This document shows positions 37,123 to 48,170 of a DNA stretch of 64,000 bases, one piece after another. The DNA is taken from positions 64,001 through 128,000 of IMG/VR virus record IMGVR_UViG_3300020055_000005; one strand, 5' to 3'. The notes below the pieces were generated by a model that was not told the DNA's origin, did no database searches, and was given only the letters and a program-made list of their open reading frames with translations. Each line of letters starts with the position of its first letter. Positions within the stretch are counted from its first letter, which is position 1. Origin of the DNA: a virus. A program made the translations under genes and the position numbers.

Positions 37123-38216
37123 AATTTAAAGTCTGCAAAAGTGTCATCTGACACATCTTGTTTAATACCACCAATCACATAAGATTCAATCTCTGTCTCT
37201 TGTGGTGCATTCTGTAGTCCTCTACTGTTGAACCAGTGTTTAGTCCATGGTAAAGGGTTATTTGTTGAAGAGATATCATAGATAGGATTTAGTCCTATTG
37301 CACGTAATCTCTTATTACAAATATATTCTATATATTGATTCAACAAAGGCACACTTAGTCCAATCATAGAACCATTCTTAAATAAGAACTCAGCCCATTC
37401 CTTTTCTTGACTGACTGCATTCTCATATAATTCGTAAACTTCTTTCTCACAATCCTTCATGACCTTGTTCATGAGTTTATCGTTCTCATGGTTCTTGTAA
37501 CACTTCAGAATGTGTTGTGACACTGCAAGGTGTTGTGATTCGTCTCTTGCAATGAAAGATATAATCTTTGCACTACCTTCCATCAGTTTCAGTTCTCCGA
37601 ATCCAAATGAACATGCAAAAGAGACGAAGAATCGTATACCTTCTAGGATATTAACTGAGATAAGTGCAAGGTATAATGCCTTATATAAGTCATAGTCATC
37701 GACCTTGAGTCCTAGTAACCTTCTTCGTCCCAATGCAATAAACTCGTCGTACTTTTCTGTTACCATTTCTGCACGTTTTACAATTGCAGGTTCATCTAAG
37801 ATAGTGTCAAAGATGTCACTAGGGTCTGCATATACATTCTTAATAATATGTGTATATGATCTACTATGGATTGTCTCCATGAAGTCCCATGTGATAATGC
37901 AAGACTCTAGTTCAGGTAAGGACACAAAGGGTAAAAATGCTATGGAGGGCGCCCTTCCCTGAACAGAATCAAGAAGTGTTTGATATCTCAGGTTTGATGT
38001 AAAAATATGTTTTTGTGCATCATTCAGAGTTGCGTAATCAGACCTGTCTTTTTGTAATGACACTTCTTCAGGTCTCCAAAAGAAACCTAATTGTGTTTGT
38101 GTTAGTTTATCAAATATAGGGTATTTGAACTCATCAAATCTTTGAGTGTTCAAAGGTTCACCAAAGAATATCTTTTGTTTGGTGAAGTCTACATTCTTTT
38201 TGTTAAAAACTGTCAT
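37119..38216 (-). CDS. nrdB: Ribonucleotide reductase class Ia beta subunit
   Basis: FFWRPEEV, LDSVQGR, ETIHSRSY, LEGIRF, DESQH, APQETE. Confidence 0.98.
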   Translation of the reverse strand: MTVFNKKNVDFTKQKIFFGEPLNTQRFDEFKYPIFDKLTQTQLGFFWRPEEVSLQKDRSDYATLNDAQKHIFTSNLRYQTLLDSVQGRAPSIAFLPFVSLPELESCIITWDFMETIHSRSYTHIIKNVYADPSDIFDTILDEPAIVKRAEMVTEKYDEFIALGRRRLLGLKVDDYDLYKALYLALISVNILEGIRFFVSFACSFGFGELKLMEGSAKIISFIARDESQHLAVSQHILKCYKNHENDKLMNKVMKDCEKEVYELYENAVSQEKEWAEFLFKNGSMIGLSVPLLNQYIEYICNKRLRAIGLNPIYDISSTNNPLPWTKHWFNSRGLQNAPQETEIESYVIGGIKQDVSDDTFADFKL

Positions 38217-38376
38217 ATCCTAAGTCCTTGTACTTCTTCGCAAGTTTTTCTGCTCTTTCTTTTGTTTCTCTTCTAAAACTTACTTCTTGTCCGTTATAAA
38301 ATTCAGTGATAGTGTAACGTCTAGAATTCTCATTTGGAATAATAGACACTTGATGGCCTTCGCATTCAAAAATCAT
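38203..38376 (-). CDS. 57-aa hypothetical protein (not in track)
   Basis: MIFECEGHQVSIIP...; SD AAGGAG, ATGA-coupled. Confidence 0.6.
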   Translation of the reverse strand: MIFECEGHQVSIIPNENSRRYTITEFYNGQEVSFRRETKERAEKLAKKYKDLGYDSF

Positions 38377-39356
38377 TTCTTCTCCTTCGGTTCAAATTGC
38401 ACAAGATGGTCATAGTTATTACAGTAATCACCTTTCTTTCCTTTGGTATCTCTATATAATCCATTATCCCACCATTTAATAAAATCTATGAATTTCTTTC
38501 TTCTATCTGCAGACTCATCGATGTTTGTCTCATATCTGTTCTTTCTACCATCGTATTCTAACACGATGTGCTCACCAGCAATCTTGTCTTCAGGCATATA
38601 CGTTGCACCATCTATCATTCCTATTTTAGAATGTTGATGAAAGAAATGCACAAAGATGTGATAACTATAATCACCTAGTAATCTATCTCTCCAGTGTGGT
38701 ATGTTAGGGCCTTGATATAATAATATATCACCAACTTCTAGTTCAACACACTTTGCACCGTTTTCAATTCTCTTACGTGGACTGACACCCTGTGTTATTT
38801 CAACTAATTTTTTGTTATCTTCGAAGTCAATATAGTCCTGATCATTCTGTACCCATATCTTCCATGGTTTACCATCATCAGTATGATAGTCTAAACAAAG
38901 TGTCGCACTGATTTCACATGAAGGTCTATCAGTATGTGAAGTTAATATTGCACCTCTGTCATACTTACGTGTGTAAGAGTAAGTTTCTTTTAGGTTCATG
39001 TCTATAACATCAGTCAACCTATCTCTGATATATCTGTGTAATGCAACTGCCCATGGTGTGCAGTAACCACCCTTAGATTTGTTTATCGCATCATCAGGTG
39101 TCATGTGAGTGATATCTTTTTCTTCACGATACATGATTGCACTGTCCCAATTCTCATTCTGTTCGACAGTTTTCCATGCATCAAGTGTCATGTTGATAAT
39201 TTCTTTAGGGATAAAATTACGTAAAACTACGTATCTGTCTTTCCACAATGCCCATGTCTCAGGAGTTGTTTTACCTGATACTTTTTTACCACCCTTTTCA
39301 TTTCCATAGGGATGATGTATATAATTTACTGTTCGCTTTTCAAATGGTATAGTCAT
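38373..39356 (-). CDS. 2OG-Fe(II) oxygenase
   Basis: YSYTRKY, HTDRPSCEIS, GD.LLYQG..IPHWR. Confidence 0.85.
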   Translation of the reverse strand: MTIPFEKRTVNYIHHPYGNEKGGKKVSGKTTPETWALWKDRYVVLRNFIPKEIINMTLDAWKTVEQNENWDSAIMYREEKDITHMTPDDAINKSKGGYCTPWAVALHRYIRDRLTDVIDMNLKETYSYTRKYDRGAILTSHTDRPSCEISATLCLDYHTDDGKPWKIWVQNDQDYIDFEDNKKLVEITQGVSPRKRIENGAKCVELEVGDILLYQGPNIPHWRDRLLGDYSYHIFVHFFHQHSKIGMIDGATYMPEDKIAGEHIVLEYDGRKNRYETNIDESADRRKKFIDFIKWWDNGLYRDTKGKKGDYCNNYDHLVQFEPKEKK

Positions 39357-39365
39357 TACTTTATC

Positions 39366-41678
39366 CTATATTGCACATGCCTCGCAGTCTTCCTCATCTT
39401 CTTGGTAATTACTCATTACGTTAGCTGCATCATCTACTGCACTTGGTAGTTCTTCTAATACATCTTCTTTCTTACCATCCATAGTATTCTGATAGTAAGA
39501 AGTTTTCCATCCGTACTTATATGTAGTCAATAAGTCACGTGCCATAACTGAAATAGGTACTTCACCGTTCTCATAGTTCTCAGGATTGTATGACCAATTA
39601 CCTGAGATTGCTTGATCAAAGAACTTCTGCATCACTGCAACCACATTGATATATCCTGTATTGTCTTTCATATCCCATAGTAGTGTATATGCAGACTTCA
39701 GGTGTGAGTACTGAGGTACGATTTGTTTCAGTGTACCCTTCTTACTCTTCTTGACACTTAGATAGTCTCTAGGTGGTTCAATACCGTTTGTTGCGTTACA
39801 AACAACACTAGAACTCTCTGAAGGCATCTGTGCAGTCAGTGTAGAGTGTCTTAATCCAAACTCTTTGATATCTTTTCTGAGTCCTTTCCAGTCCATGTAT
39901 AAGTTGTTAGGTGTAATCTCATCAACATCTTTCTTATATGTGTCGATAGGTAAAACACCATCTGCATATTTTGTTCTGTCAAAATACTCACATGCACCTT
40001 TTTCTTTTGCAACCGTGTTGGACGATTTTAACAGATAATACTGGAACTTCTCTGTAAGTTCATGCACCAAAGACCATGCACCTTCATCACTGTACTTGAG
40101 TTTGTTCTTTGCAAGATAGTGTGCAAGACCAATGTATCCAATACCTAATGATCTACGTGCAAGTGTTGACCTCTTTGCGGCTTCGACTGGATAGTTCTGA
40201 TAGTCGATTAACTCCTCCAGTCCTCTTACTGCAAGGTCACATAGGTTTTCAAGTTCATCCTCCTTGATAAGTCCTACATTAACTGCAGACAATATACACA
40301 GTGCGATCTCCCCCTCACCATCGATATGTTCGATTGGGTCTGTGGGGAGTGTAATTTCTTGACATAGGTTACTCATGTTTACTTTGTCTTTAAAACTACT
40401 GTGAGAATTACTGTGATCTATGTTCATGATATAGATTCTGCCAGTCTCTGCACGTTCTTTTAATAAATCAGTAATTAATTCTCTCGCACTAATCTTAGTT
40501 TTAGGTATGGACGTTGCACGTTCATACTTCTCATAGAGTTCATCGAACTCAGGTGTACCAAATGCATCATATAAGCCAGGCACATCATGTGGAGAGAATA
40601 GTGTTATTTCTCCATTTGAAAGGAAACGTTTATAGAAGAGTTCGGATAACTGTATCGAGTAGTCCAACTTCCTAACTCTGTTGTCTTCAGTACCTTTGTT
40701 ATTTTTAAGGACAATAATGTCTTCGATTTCTTGGTGCCAGATTGGGAAATGGACTGTTGCACTTCCACCTCTGACTCCGTTTTGGGTACAACATCTAACT
40801 GTTGATTCGAATTTTTTGAGAAAGGGAATAACTCCAGTATGTTGGACTTCACCACCTCTGATTCTTGCACCCAATCCTCTGATTCTTCCTGCGTTGATTC
40901 CGATACCTGCACGTTGAGCAACGTATCTTCCGATAGCCATGTCTGAACTGAAGATTGACCCCAAGGTATCATCGGAGTCAACGAGGACACAACTTGCAAA
41001 CTGTCTGAGTGGAGTTCTAACTCCTGACATGATTGGTGTTGGTATGTTAATTTTGAAAGTTGATATGGCATCATAGTATCGTTTAATGTATTCAAGTCTA
41101 TTCTCCTTGTATTCTTTGAATAGTGTCATTGCAATTAAAATGTACATGAACTGTGGTGTTTCATATACAGTACTTGTTGATCTGTCCTGAACCAAATACT
41201 TATCAACTACCTGTTGCAATCCTGCATAAGTGTAATCTAAGTCTCTACCATGTTTGATGTATTTGTTCAGTGTTTCAAATTCTTCATCTGAATAATGGTT
41301 TAGTATGTCATCATCATACACACCATGTTCTATATTTCTTTCTACAATCTCTTTGAGTGATGGATAGATTTCTGAGTCTTTCCATTTAGTATTGAACACC
41401 TGTTTCTGAACTGCAAACAATAGTAGTCTAGATGCAACAAATTGATAGTTTGGTGATTCTAACGAAATCAGATCACTTGCACTCTTGACAAGTATCTTTT
41501 GGATTTCTTTAGTGGTGATGCCATCATAAAACTGTAACCCACTATTCATTTCAACCAATGACTCTGATACACCTGTAATACCTCTACAGGCCTTCTCTAC
41601 CATTTTGTGGATTTTATCTAAATTGATTTCTACTTTTGAACCGTCAGACTTGACTACCTTGATGTCCGTGTTACTCAT
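39366..41678 (-). CDS. nrdA: Ribonucleotide reductase class Ia alpha subunit
   Basis: ATP cone, PTPIMSGVRT, SCVL, SNLCQEI, MPSESSS, C-terminal CEACAI. Confidence 0.98.
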   Translation of the reverse strand: MSNTDIKVVKSDGSKVEINLDKIHKMVEKACRGITGVSESLVEMNSGLQFYDGITTKEIQKILVKSASDLISLESPNYQFVASRLLLFAVQKQVFNTKWKDSEIYPSLKEIVERNIEHGVYDDDILNHYSDEEFETLNKYIKHGRDLDYTYAGLQQVVDKYLVQDRSTSTVYETPQFMYILIAMTLFKEYKENRLEYIKRYYDAISTFKINIPTPIMSGVRTPLRQFASCVLVDSDDTLGSIFSSDMAIGRYVAQRAGIGINAGRIRGLGARIRGGEVQHTGVIPFLKKFESTVRCCTQNGVRGGSATVHFPIWHQEIEDIIVLKNNKGTEDNRVRKLDYSIQLSELFYKRFLSNGEITLFSPHDVPGLYDAFGTPEFDELYEKYERATSIPKTKISARELITDLLKERAETGRIYIMNIDHSNSHSSFKDKVNMSNLCQEITLPTDPIEHIDGEGEIALCILSAVNVGLIKEDELENLCDLAVRGLEELIDYQNYPVEAAKRSTLARRSLGIGYIGLAHYLAKNKLKYSDEGAWSLVHELTEKFQYYLLKSSNTVAKEKGACEYFDRTKYADGVLPIDTYKKDVDEITPNNLYMDWKGLRKDIKEFGLRHSTLTAQMPSESSSVVCNATNGIEPPRDYLSVKKSKKGTLKQIVPQYSHLKSAYTLLWDMKDNTGYINVVAVMQKFFDQAISGNWSYNPENYENGEVPISVMARDLLTTYKYGWKTSYYQNTMDGKKEDVLEELPSAVDDAANVMSNYQEDEEDCEACAI

Positions 41679-42712
41679 ATTTTCTTGTACTCCGTTAGTT
41701 TTAATTTTGCAGAGAGACCATTGTATGTACAAGAGTTAATAATGTCTACTACTTTATCTACTGTTAGTCCACTCATAATCATATCATTTATATCTTTTAA
41801 TTCTCCTACTCGTTTATCATCCCAAATGCACACGTTCCATCCGTCATCGATTACACCATCTATTTTCTTGATGATTTCTTCGTTTCTAGGTTCGTTGTCG
41901 TAGATAAGTATTGCATTCTCTTTTAAATTCTTATCAATCTTTTTAAAATCACTACCACCTACTGCAATACTGTTTGGTAGGAATAAACTATCTATTGGCC
42001 CCTCTGTGACATAGATAGTATTTGATTTGTCCACATTATTCAGGTTATAGATGAGTGGAACGTCATCTATGAATCGCATGGTAAGGTAACGTAATGGTGA
42101 GTCATTTATTGCACGTCCACTTACACCTAACAATTCCCCATCATCATTGATGAATGGGATGACAACTCTAGGGTCATTACCCAAGACTCTGTCTTTATAT
42201 TTGAGAGACAGATGTGAGAGTGATTGTGCATTTTGGACGAACCATAATGATCTTATCGCATCATCAGGAATTAGACGTTGTTGAAGATACTCTCTTGCAA
42301 CAATTTTATCCCATGCACCGTGACACACTGCTTTCAATGTCTCTTCAGTTTTATATAGTGATTCTTGACGGTCAACCTTGGGTTTGAATTTGAATGCACT
42401 TGAGGGAGGCATACGTTGAGGTTGTCGTCTCCCCTTACCACTTTCTTTCAACCATTCCTTCACATATTCTTTGTGAATCACAGGAAAGTTTTCCTTTATA
42501 AAATTAACTGATGATGTGGATTTACCACAATTGTGACATTTATAGATGTACGACTGGTCTACAGCAAAGTGATAACCACGTGCCTTGAATGTGTTTTTAG
42601 ATGAATCACCACAGTATGGACATCTGTGGTTTAATGTGTTCTCATTTACCCATTTAGCCCTGTCCAGTGAGGACATGACCATATTGAGATATTTTCTCTC
42701 TAACCATAGCAT
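41675..42712 (-). CDS. 61: DNA primase gp61
   Basis: RCPYCGDS, KCHNCG, EGPIDS, DNEPRN, KDINDM; apparently leaderless. Confidence 0.95.
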   Translation of the reverse strand: MLWLERKYLNMVMSSLDRAKWVNENTLNHRCPYCGDSSKNTFKARGYHFAVDQSYIYKCHNCGKSTSSVNFIKENFPVIHKEYVKEWLKESGKGRRQPQRMPPSSAFKFKPKVDRQESLYKTEETLKAVCHGAWDKIVAREYLQQRLIPDDAIRSLWFVQNAQSLSHLSLKYKDRVLGNDPRVVIPFINDDGELLGVSGRAINDSPLRYLTMRFIDDVPLIYNLNNVDKSNTIYVTEGPIDSLFLPNSIAVGGSDFKKIDKNLKENAILIYDNEPRNEEIIKKIDGVIDDGWNVCIWDDKRVGELKDINDMIMSGLTVDKVVDIINSCTYNGLSAKLKLTEYKKI

Positions 42713-42759
42713 GTATCTATTATACTATGGTTTTGAGAGAAAATCTAGTGGGTTTTTAA

Positions 42760-42975
42760 CTATTCTGCATCGATCAATGCTTGGATTTCTGCAACCTGTT
42801 CGCCATGTGTGACCATTGAAGCATCATATGCAACCTTTTGAGGGTCATCTGCTTCCATGTCTGCATAACCAGTAGGTTGAGGTGGTAATCCTGCGCCATT
42901 GAACCATGCAAGTCTTCCTGCCAAGTCATCCATGCCTGGAATTGTTGGGGTATCGTATCCTTCAGGTGCTGCCAT
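42760..42975 (-). CDS. Hypothetical late protein
   Basis: SD AGGAG; TATAAATA upstream. Confidence 0.7.
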   Translation of the reverse strand: MAAPEGYDTPTIPGMDDLAGRLAWFNGAGLPPQPTGYADMEADDPQKVAYDASMVTHGEQVAEIQALIDAE

Positions 42976-43031
42976 GATTGTGTTCTCCTAGTTTGAATTG
43001 TACTACATTATTTATAAAATTACAACCTTGT

Positions 43032-43496
43032 TTAGACAATAATTGCTACTGTTCCTGCAATGATTACTGCACAAACAATTGCACCTATAAAGATTGCAAT
43101 ACCATCTAGTACGTTTTTTCTAAATTCTGCCTTTGCACGTGCTCGAATGAGTCTTTGTTCTCTTATCTTTCTTCTTTCTATCATCATGTCTTCATAGAAA
43201 TCAGACTGACCAGTGTAGATAAGATACTCTCTAAGTTCTTTCTCCATTTGTGCAATTTTGTATTTTGCAGATGTAACTTGAAGTGCCTGTGCTTCGACAC
43301 TTTTACCTGAAAACATCTTTCCAAATACTGATGGATTTTTTGCGTATTGATTTGCCTCTGCTATATTTTCTTTTGCATCAAACCATCGACCAAAGAACTC
43401 CGCCACGTCTTGAGCCTCTCGACCCATCTCCATACCTTTTTTGATTGCATTATAAGCAGAGGATGCCATACTCATCGCAACTGCGACTTCGACCAT
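43032..43496 (-). CDS. Hypothetical membrane protein
   Basis: C-terminal TM helix; SD GAGG. Confidence 0.7.
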   Translation of the reverse strand: MVEVAVAMSMASSAYNAIKKGMEMGREAQDVAEFFGRWFDAKENIAEANQYAKNPSVFGKMFSGKSVEAQALQVTSAKYKIAQMEKELREYLIYTGQSDFYEDMMIERRKIREQRLIRARAKAEFRKNVLDGIAIFIGAIVCAVIIAGTVAIIV

Positions 43497-43519
43497 GGTT
43501 AAGTTCCTCTTCTGATACT

Positions 43520-44692
43520 TTATTTATCTTTAGAGAGGTCTTTAACCCTGTTTTTTGGTACCTGTATTACGTATCTATTTTCGACTACTTTAGGTTTCTC
43601 ATCTTCGATTTTACGTGCAATGAGTCCTGCAGAAGTAATCAATAGTAACACTGCAAGTGGGTCAAACACAAAGATAAGTGCAAAAATGACCCATCTAATA
43701 GCGTTGTCAAGATACTTGACAGAGTCATCTTGACCGTAAATAACCTCTGCAATGTACTTTATAGGGCCTACTTCACGTTCAAAACCGAGTATTTCCTGTT
43801 CAAATACAAATCTTTCGTTCTTATACTCCTGTATAGTGTCAAGAAGTGTATCTATATCTGCATTGTATTCATTGGTCTTAACTATCTTCTCATCTAGATC
43901 ACCAGTGGATAGGTTCTGCAGTCTGTTGATTTCTGCATTCGCAGAATTAATGGTGGATTGTGCCTGTTCTCTATATTTGTCTATATTTCCTTGTTGAACG
44001 GTTATATCTGCTCTTATACGGTCTCTCTGCTCCTTCTGAGATGCATATAACTCTTCTGCTTGTGCAACATAATCGATTACCTGAACCTCATCATTGAATA
44101 ACCCTTCATTCAAAGTAATCGTTTCGGTTCCTTTACTTCTTAAATCATTGACACTATCATCTAATGATTTAAGTTCTGCACGTAGACTATCTATTTGTCC
44201 TTGTGCATAATCAATATCACCTTGAACTCTATCCCACGCACCATCTCGTATTTCTATCTGTGCGTTTACAGAATCTGTTACATCGACACTATTAGTGTCA
44301 AGTGCAGTAATTCTTTGTTCTACTAAATCTATCTGATTTTCTGTTCTTTCAATCAGTCCGTCGATACGTTGTATCTCTGAGTTTGCAGTTGCAGTTGCAT
44401 AAGATGTGTCTGATGATGCCTTTGCAAGATATCCAAAGATTCCAAGTGATGTGATTAACATGAGTACTACTACACTAAGTGTCAAATAGTACTTCATATA
44501 GTTTAGTTTTTCCCAAAAGAGATGGAGATAAGTTGCAGTAACTATCTTACCAAACTCTAATGCACCTGCCATTATAACAACTCCCATGTACGCACCTGCA
44601 AATATAGTTGCAAGTCCCAACACTGAGAAGTAGGCTGCAATACCAGCAATGCCCAACGATGTAAATAATGCAAGATAATTCAAAAATTTCAT
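43520..44692 (-). CDS. Membrane-anchored coiled-coil protein
   Basis: Three N-terminal TM helices, long coiled coil, EVGPIKYIA, FVFDPLAV. Confidence 0.75.
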   Translation of the reverse strand: MKFLNYLALFTSLGIAGIAAYFSVLGLATIFAGAYMGVVIMAGALEFGKIVTATYLHLFWEKLNYMKYYLTLSVVVLMLITSLGIFGYLAKASSDTSYATATANSEIQRIDGLIERTENQIDLVEQRITALDTNSVDVTDSVNAQIEIRDGAWDRVQGDIDYAQGQIDSLRAELKSLDDSVNDLRSKGTETITLNEGLFNDEVQVIDYVAQAEELYASQKEQRDRIRADITVQQGNIDKYREQAQSTINSANAEINRLQNLSTGDLDEKIVKTNEYNADIDTLLDTIQEYKNERFVFEQEILGFEREVGPIKYIAEVIYGQDDSVKYLDNAIRWVIFALIFVFDPLAVLLLITSAGLIARKIEDEKPKVVENRYVIQVPKNRVKDLSKDK

Positions 44693-44695
44693 AAT

Positions 44696-45457
44696 TTATC
44701 TAAGTCTTGTCAACACATCATATAATTTTTTTCTTTTCTTAGGTTTCCAATGTGCAACGTCACTACCTGTTCCTGCGACTGCACTTCCTGTTGCGTTGAC
44801 TGGTGCATCCTCCATCATATCAAACTTCAGATACTTCATCAGTTTGTTTGCGAGGTCATGTCCTGCTTCTATATCAGATGGGAAGTGTACTCCCATTCTA
44901 ACTCTACCCATTGCAGACTTGATTGCACCTTCAAATAATCCATTCTTATGTTCAGGGTAGATTGTTGCATAATAGTTTGCAACTAATTTTGGTTGCACTG
45001 TATGTCCTGATGGATACGATGGAGTCTTTGCAGTCTCCGTTTTATATCTATCGAAAGGGATATTAAGTGCTTCTGCGATTTGATATGGTCTTGGTCTATT
45101 AAACATGTTCTTGTAGTGTTTAATGATTGGTTTTGCCTGTTGACCAAGATATACCAGTCGTTCTTCATCATAATACAGTTCGTTCTCCTCCATATATTCT
45201 TGTATGTAATAGTATGGATTTTCATCTGTGTTGACGTATTCTAATTCATGTTCTTTAGTCATGGAATCTCTCATCTTTTTGACTTCTTCGAGTTCCATAC
45301 GTGTTTGTTTAGAATCGTTCTTATCAGGTGTCGGAAGTGTAATGTCTTTCCAGTCACCTGAGAATGCTTCAATCTTTTTATATTTGGGTTTCTTTAATTC
45401 GTCTTTTGGTGCGAATCCCATCAGATTGATGGTTTGAATTGTCTCAATATACATCAT
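44696..45457 (-). CDS. PAP2-family phosphatase
   Basis: KxxxxRPRP, PSYPSGH, RVRMGVHFPSD. Confidence 0.9.
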   Translation of the reverse strand: MMYIETIQTINLMGFAPKDELKKPKYKKIEAFSGDWKDITLPTPDKNDSKQTRMELEEVKKMRDSMTKEHELEYVNTDENPYYYIQEYMEENELYYDEERLVYLGQQAKPIIKHYKNMFNRPRPYQIAEALNIPFDRYKTETAKTPSYPSGHTVQPKLVANYYATIYPEHKNGLFEGAIKSAMGRVRMGVHFPSDIEAGHDLANKLMKYLKFDMMEDAPVNATGSAVAGTGSDVAHWKPKKRKKLYDVLTRLR

Positions 45458-46046
45458 CTGCAGTTACCAGTATTCTTTTACCTTCACATACAGCTGCGTA
45501 TACTTTTATACCGTAAAACTGTGAGTGTAGGTTGTTTACAAATAGTTCCGATTTTGCTTCGAAGACATTTTCAAAAGGGTAATTCACTTGTGTTGTATGT
45601 CTTCTTAATCTATACTTACCACGTTCAAGATCATCAATGTTTGCAAGTTCTTCTGCAATCATTTCTGCATTGATGATACCTTCTTCCTTCAACCATTTGT
45701 AGTATTCTTCTTCTAGTCTCTCTAATTGATCATCATCTAACTCTTGGTTCTCTTTCAACAATGCAAGTGCAACAGCGTATGATGCAAATTGTGTTTTACC
45801 AAACGGAACCTTTTCGATAATTTTCTTTAGATTAAAGACGAGTCTATGTAGAGGTGTAAGTGATGCCTTTTCCTCTGCAGTTTTAGGGTTATTCTCGACT
45901 TTTTGATTTGACCCTTCAACAGATTTTAGTTTAATTCTGTTACCCTTATCATCAATAAACCCAAATTTATATGCGGCTTGTTTGGTAAAAGGTGTAGTCA
46001 ACATCTTTAAAATACGAAAGACTATTAATGTATCTACTACTCTCAT
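45444..46046 (-). CDS. Conserved hypothetical virion-cluster protein
   Basis: LTTPF..AYKFGFIDDKG, HRLVFNLKKII; CCTAAATA 5 nt before ATG. Confidence 0.75.
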   Translation of the reverse strand: MRVVDTLIVFRILKMLTTPFTKQAAYKFGFIDDKGNRIKLKSVEGSNQKVENNPKTAEEKASLTPLHRLVFNLKKIIEKVPFGKTQFASYAVALALLKENQELDDDQLERLEEEYYKWLKEEGIINAEMIAEELANIDDLERGKYRLRRHTTQVNYPFENVFEAKSELFVNNLHSQFYGIKVYAAVCEGKRILVTADDVY

Positions 46047-46071
46047 ACTACTATTTAGGTGTTTTGAACGG

Positions 46072-46147
<76 letters not shown>

Positions 46148-46148
<1 letters not shown>

Positions 46149-46519
46149 TAAAGTTCCCTTAACCTACTAATTAATTTCTGATCTAGTGGGATATTGCTTT
46201 TGAAATCTTCATCGACTAGTTCTAGATATATCAACATAGTCTTAATGGATGACCAGTATGTGTCTTCTTTTATTTTGAATTCTAACATTCTCATGCATGG
46301 TTCAAAACCAAACACATTGAAAAGTGTTATAATGTGGTTCAACATCAAACGTTCACGAACCTCACCATACTCATGATGACGATACAGAAGTCTTTTGAGG
46401 TATCGGAAACGTCTCAGGTCTTCTTGAAAATCTTCAATGTCCTCACATTGAGGGTCATCGTAGTATTTTAATGCGAATGCCTGAAAGTTTTTAGATGTGA
46501 GTTTATCAAATAATCCCAT
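46148..46519 (-). CDS. Conserved T4-like hypothetical protein
   Basis: YYDDPQC...F.EDL.RF.YLKRLL...LMLNHII.LFNVFG. Confidence 0.8.
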
Positions 46520-46539
46520 AATATAAAGTATTTAGAATG

Positions 46540-46564
46540 TAAAAAGGGGACTCAAAGTCCCCAA
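46540..46564 (-). terminator. Intrinsic terminator
   Basis: GGGGAC-TTTGA-GTCCCC-TTTT. Confidence 0.65.
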
Positions 46565-46567
46565 ATG

Positions 46568-47008
46568 TTACACTAATGAACCGTAGACTTTGAAAGAACC
46601 GTTGTCTAGTTGTTCATATTTGAATTTTACATCGATGACTTTTTCTTCTTTTTCAATTTCATCGATGGGCGTATCGACTGACTTACCGACGATCTCACCA
46701 AATTGTGAGAATGATACTACCATCTCACCTGACCCTGCGAAGTCTTCTTCTGCGACTTCATTTCTTGGGTCGTCTGAAGGATGTACAACTCTGTTGATAC
46801 CAACTTGTGCAAGTTTAGATTCCACTTGACCTACAGCGGCCTTTGGGTTTAGGAATTCTGATACTGCAGTGTGTCCTAAAATTGCGTTGATTCTTTGTTT
46901 GACATCTTCGTCTGTTACTTCGTAAGGAACTTTCTCAGATGAAAGTCCTGAACCAAAGAAAGTTGATGGTCTGTAAAGTTCTGTTACAAATTCTCTAAAA
47001 TTTTTCAT
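46568..47008 (-). CDS. Probable capsid-internal protein
   Basis: N-terminal MKNFREFVTE resembles the T4 capsid-targeting sequence. Confidence 0.6.
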   Translation of the reverse strand: MKNFREFVTELYRPSTFFGSGLSSEKVPYEVTDEDVKQRINAILGHTAVSEFLNPKAAVGQVESKLAQVGINRVVHPSDDPRNEVAEEDFAGSGEMVVSFSQFGEIVGKSVDTPIDEIEKEEKVIDVKFKYEQLDNGSFKVYGSLV

Positions 47009-47016
47009 AATACGTC

Positions 47017-47280
47017 CTATGCGTTTGTTGCTACTGGAGTTCCAAAAACAGTTGCACTATCTGAAAAAACTTCATCAGTTGGGTCTTTGTGTAAGTCGAT
47101 TGATTGACCTGCACCTATATGAATATCCCCAATTAATACGTTTGCAGATGTCTCTACTGACACTATGTGAAATGCAGTGTCACTATTGTATAATCTAACA
47201 ACTGTTGATGAACCGAAGTTACTACCGTTAGTTGAACCAACTTGTAGTGCTTCATGTCCTGCCAATAACTTATATTTCAT
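47017..47280 (-). CDS. Small beta-rich virion-type protein
   Basis: ORF in late cluster. Confidence 0.65.
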   Translation of the reverse strand: MKYKLLAGHEALQVGSTNGSNFGSSTVVRLYNSDTAFHIVSVETSANVLIGDIHIGAGQSIDLHKDPTDEVFSDSATVFGTPVATNA

Positions 47281-47290
47281 AATTTATCTC

Positions 47291-47575
47291 TTAACTGTCA
47301 GCGAGTACTGTATCGTCGTCAACGTCAGGTGTGTTTACATCTGAATCGTCATCGAAATCAGCAACGTCTGCTCCCATTGAACCTGATGACATTGCAACCA
47401 ATGTCTCCCATTGAGTTCTAGAACCTACTACTTTTCTTAACTGCCAACCTTCTGACTTAACACCAGCGTTTGCACCAACTTCAGCGTTGTCTGCACCGTA
47501 TGTGTTAGCCTTATCTGCAGTATTAAGATACTTAGGTTTTGATGCCTCGTCGTCTAATAATCCCCAAAGTGCCAT
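47291..47575 (-). CDS. Virion structural protein (MALWG type)
   Basis: MALWG...KPKYL...GW...GSR..ETLVAMS. Confidence 0.65.
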   Translation of the reverse strand: MALWGLLDDEASKPKYLNTADKANTYGADNAEVGANAGVKSEGWQLRKVVGSRTQWETLVAMSSGSMGADVADFDDDSDVNTPDVDDDTVLADS

Positions 47576-47588
47576 ATCTTTCTCCTAA

Positions 47589-48170
47589 TTAAATTTTGTT
47601 TGCGACCTTCAAAATTGCGTTGAAAGTCTTTTTGAAAGAATTTTTATCTTTCTGTAATAACTGTATATATTTAGTACGAATGGGAGCCTTAACCTTCATT
47701 AATGTGTCATAAACTTTGACTGCATCATCTCTTTTGACCTTGTTTTTCTTATTGTCATTTGTAGAGATTTCACCATCTTTTGTAAGGTCTTTAAAGTTAC
47801 CCAATTGTACCATTACGTTTTTGTCTGCCCATGCTTGTGACCCACTTGCGTTGTCATCTAGTGCTTGGATAGCTCTTTGGACGACATCGTCATCCTGTGC
47901 TTCGGAGTATTTACCCCCTGCCATATTTGCGATTTTGTCTAGTCTCTTTCTAAGGTCTGCTTCGTTCTTAGATTGTGAAACTGCACGTGCAACTTTCTTG
48001 TTACCTGCATCAGACATCATTCCAAAATCACCGATCTTCTCCATGATCTTGTTGACTTTCTTCGCTTCTACTTTTGCATAACCTAACTTCTTCAATTTCT
48101 CTTTGAAGAGTTTAGTCCTTGCATCTGTGGTAAGTACTTTCTCTAATTGTTTTTCAACACTCTCAGACAT
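47589..48170 (-). CDS. Lys-rich putative internal head protein
   Basis: DARTKLFKE motif; charged composition. Confidence 0.6.
   Translation of the reverse strand: MSESVEKQLEKVLTTDARTKLFKEKLKKLGYAKVEAKKVNKIMEKIGDFGMMSDAGNKKVARAVSQSKNEADLRKRLDKIANMAGGKYSEAQDDDVVQRAIQALDDNASGSQAWADKNVMVQLGNFKDLTKDGEISTNDNKKNKVKRDDAVKVYDTLMKVKAPIRTKYIQLLQKDKNSFKKTFNAILKVANKI

Noticed and set aside
37119-41678. Introns or inteins in nrdA/nrdB, gp41, uvsX or gp43
   Set aside because: All are contiguous and of normal length, with no insertion or homing-endonuclease motifs
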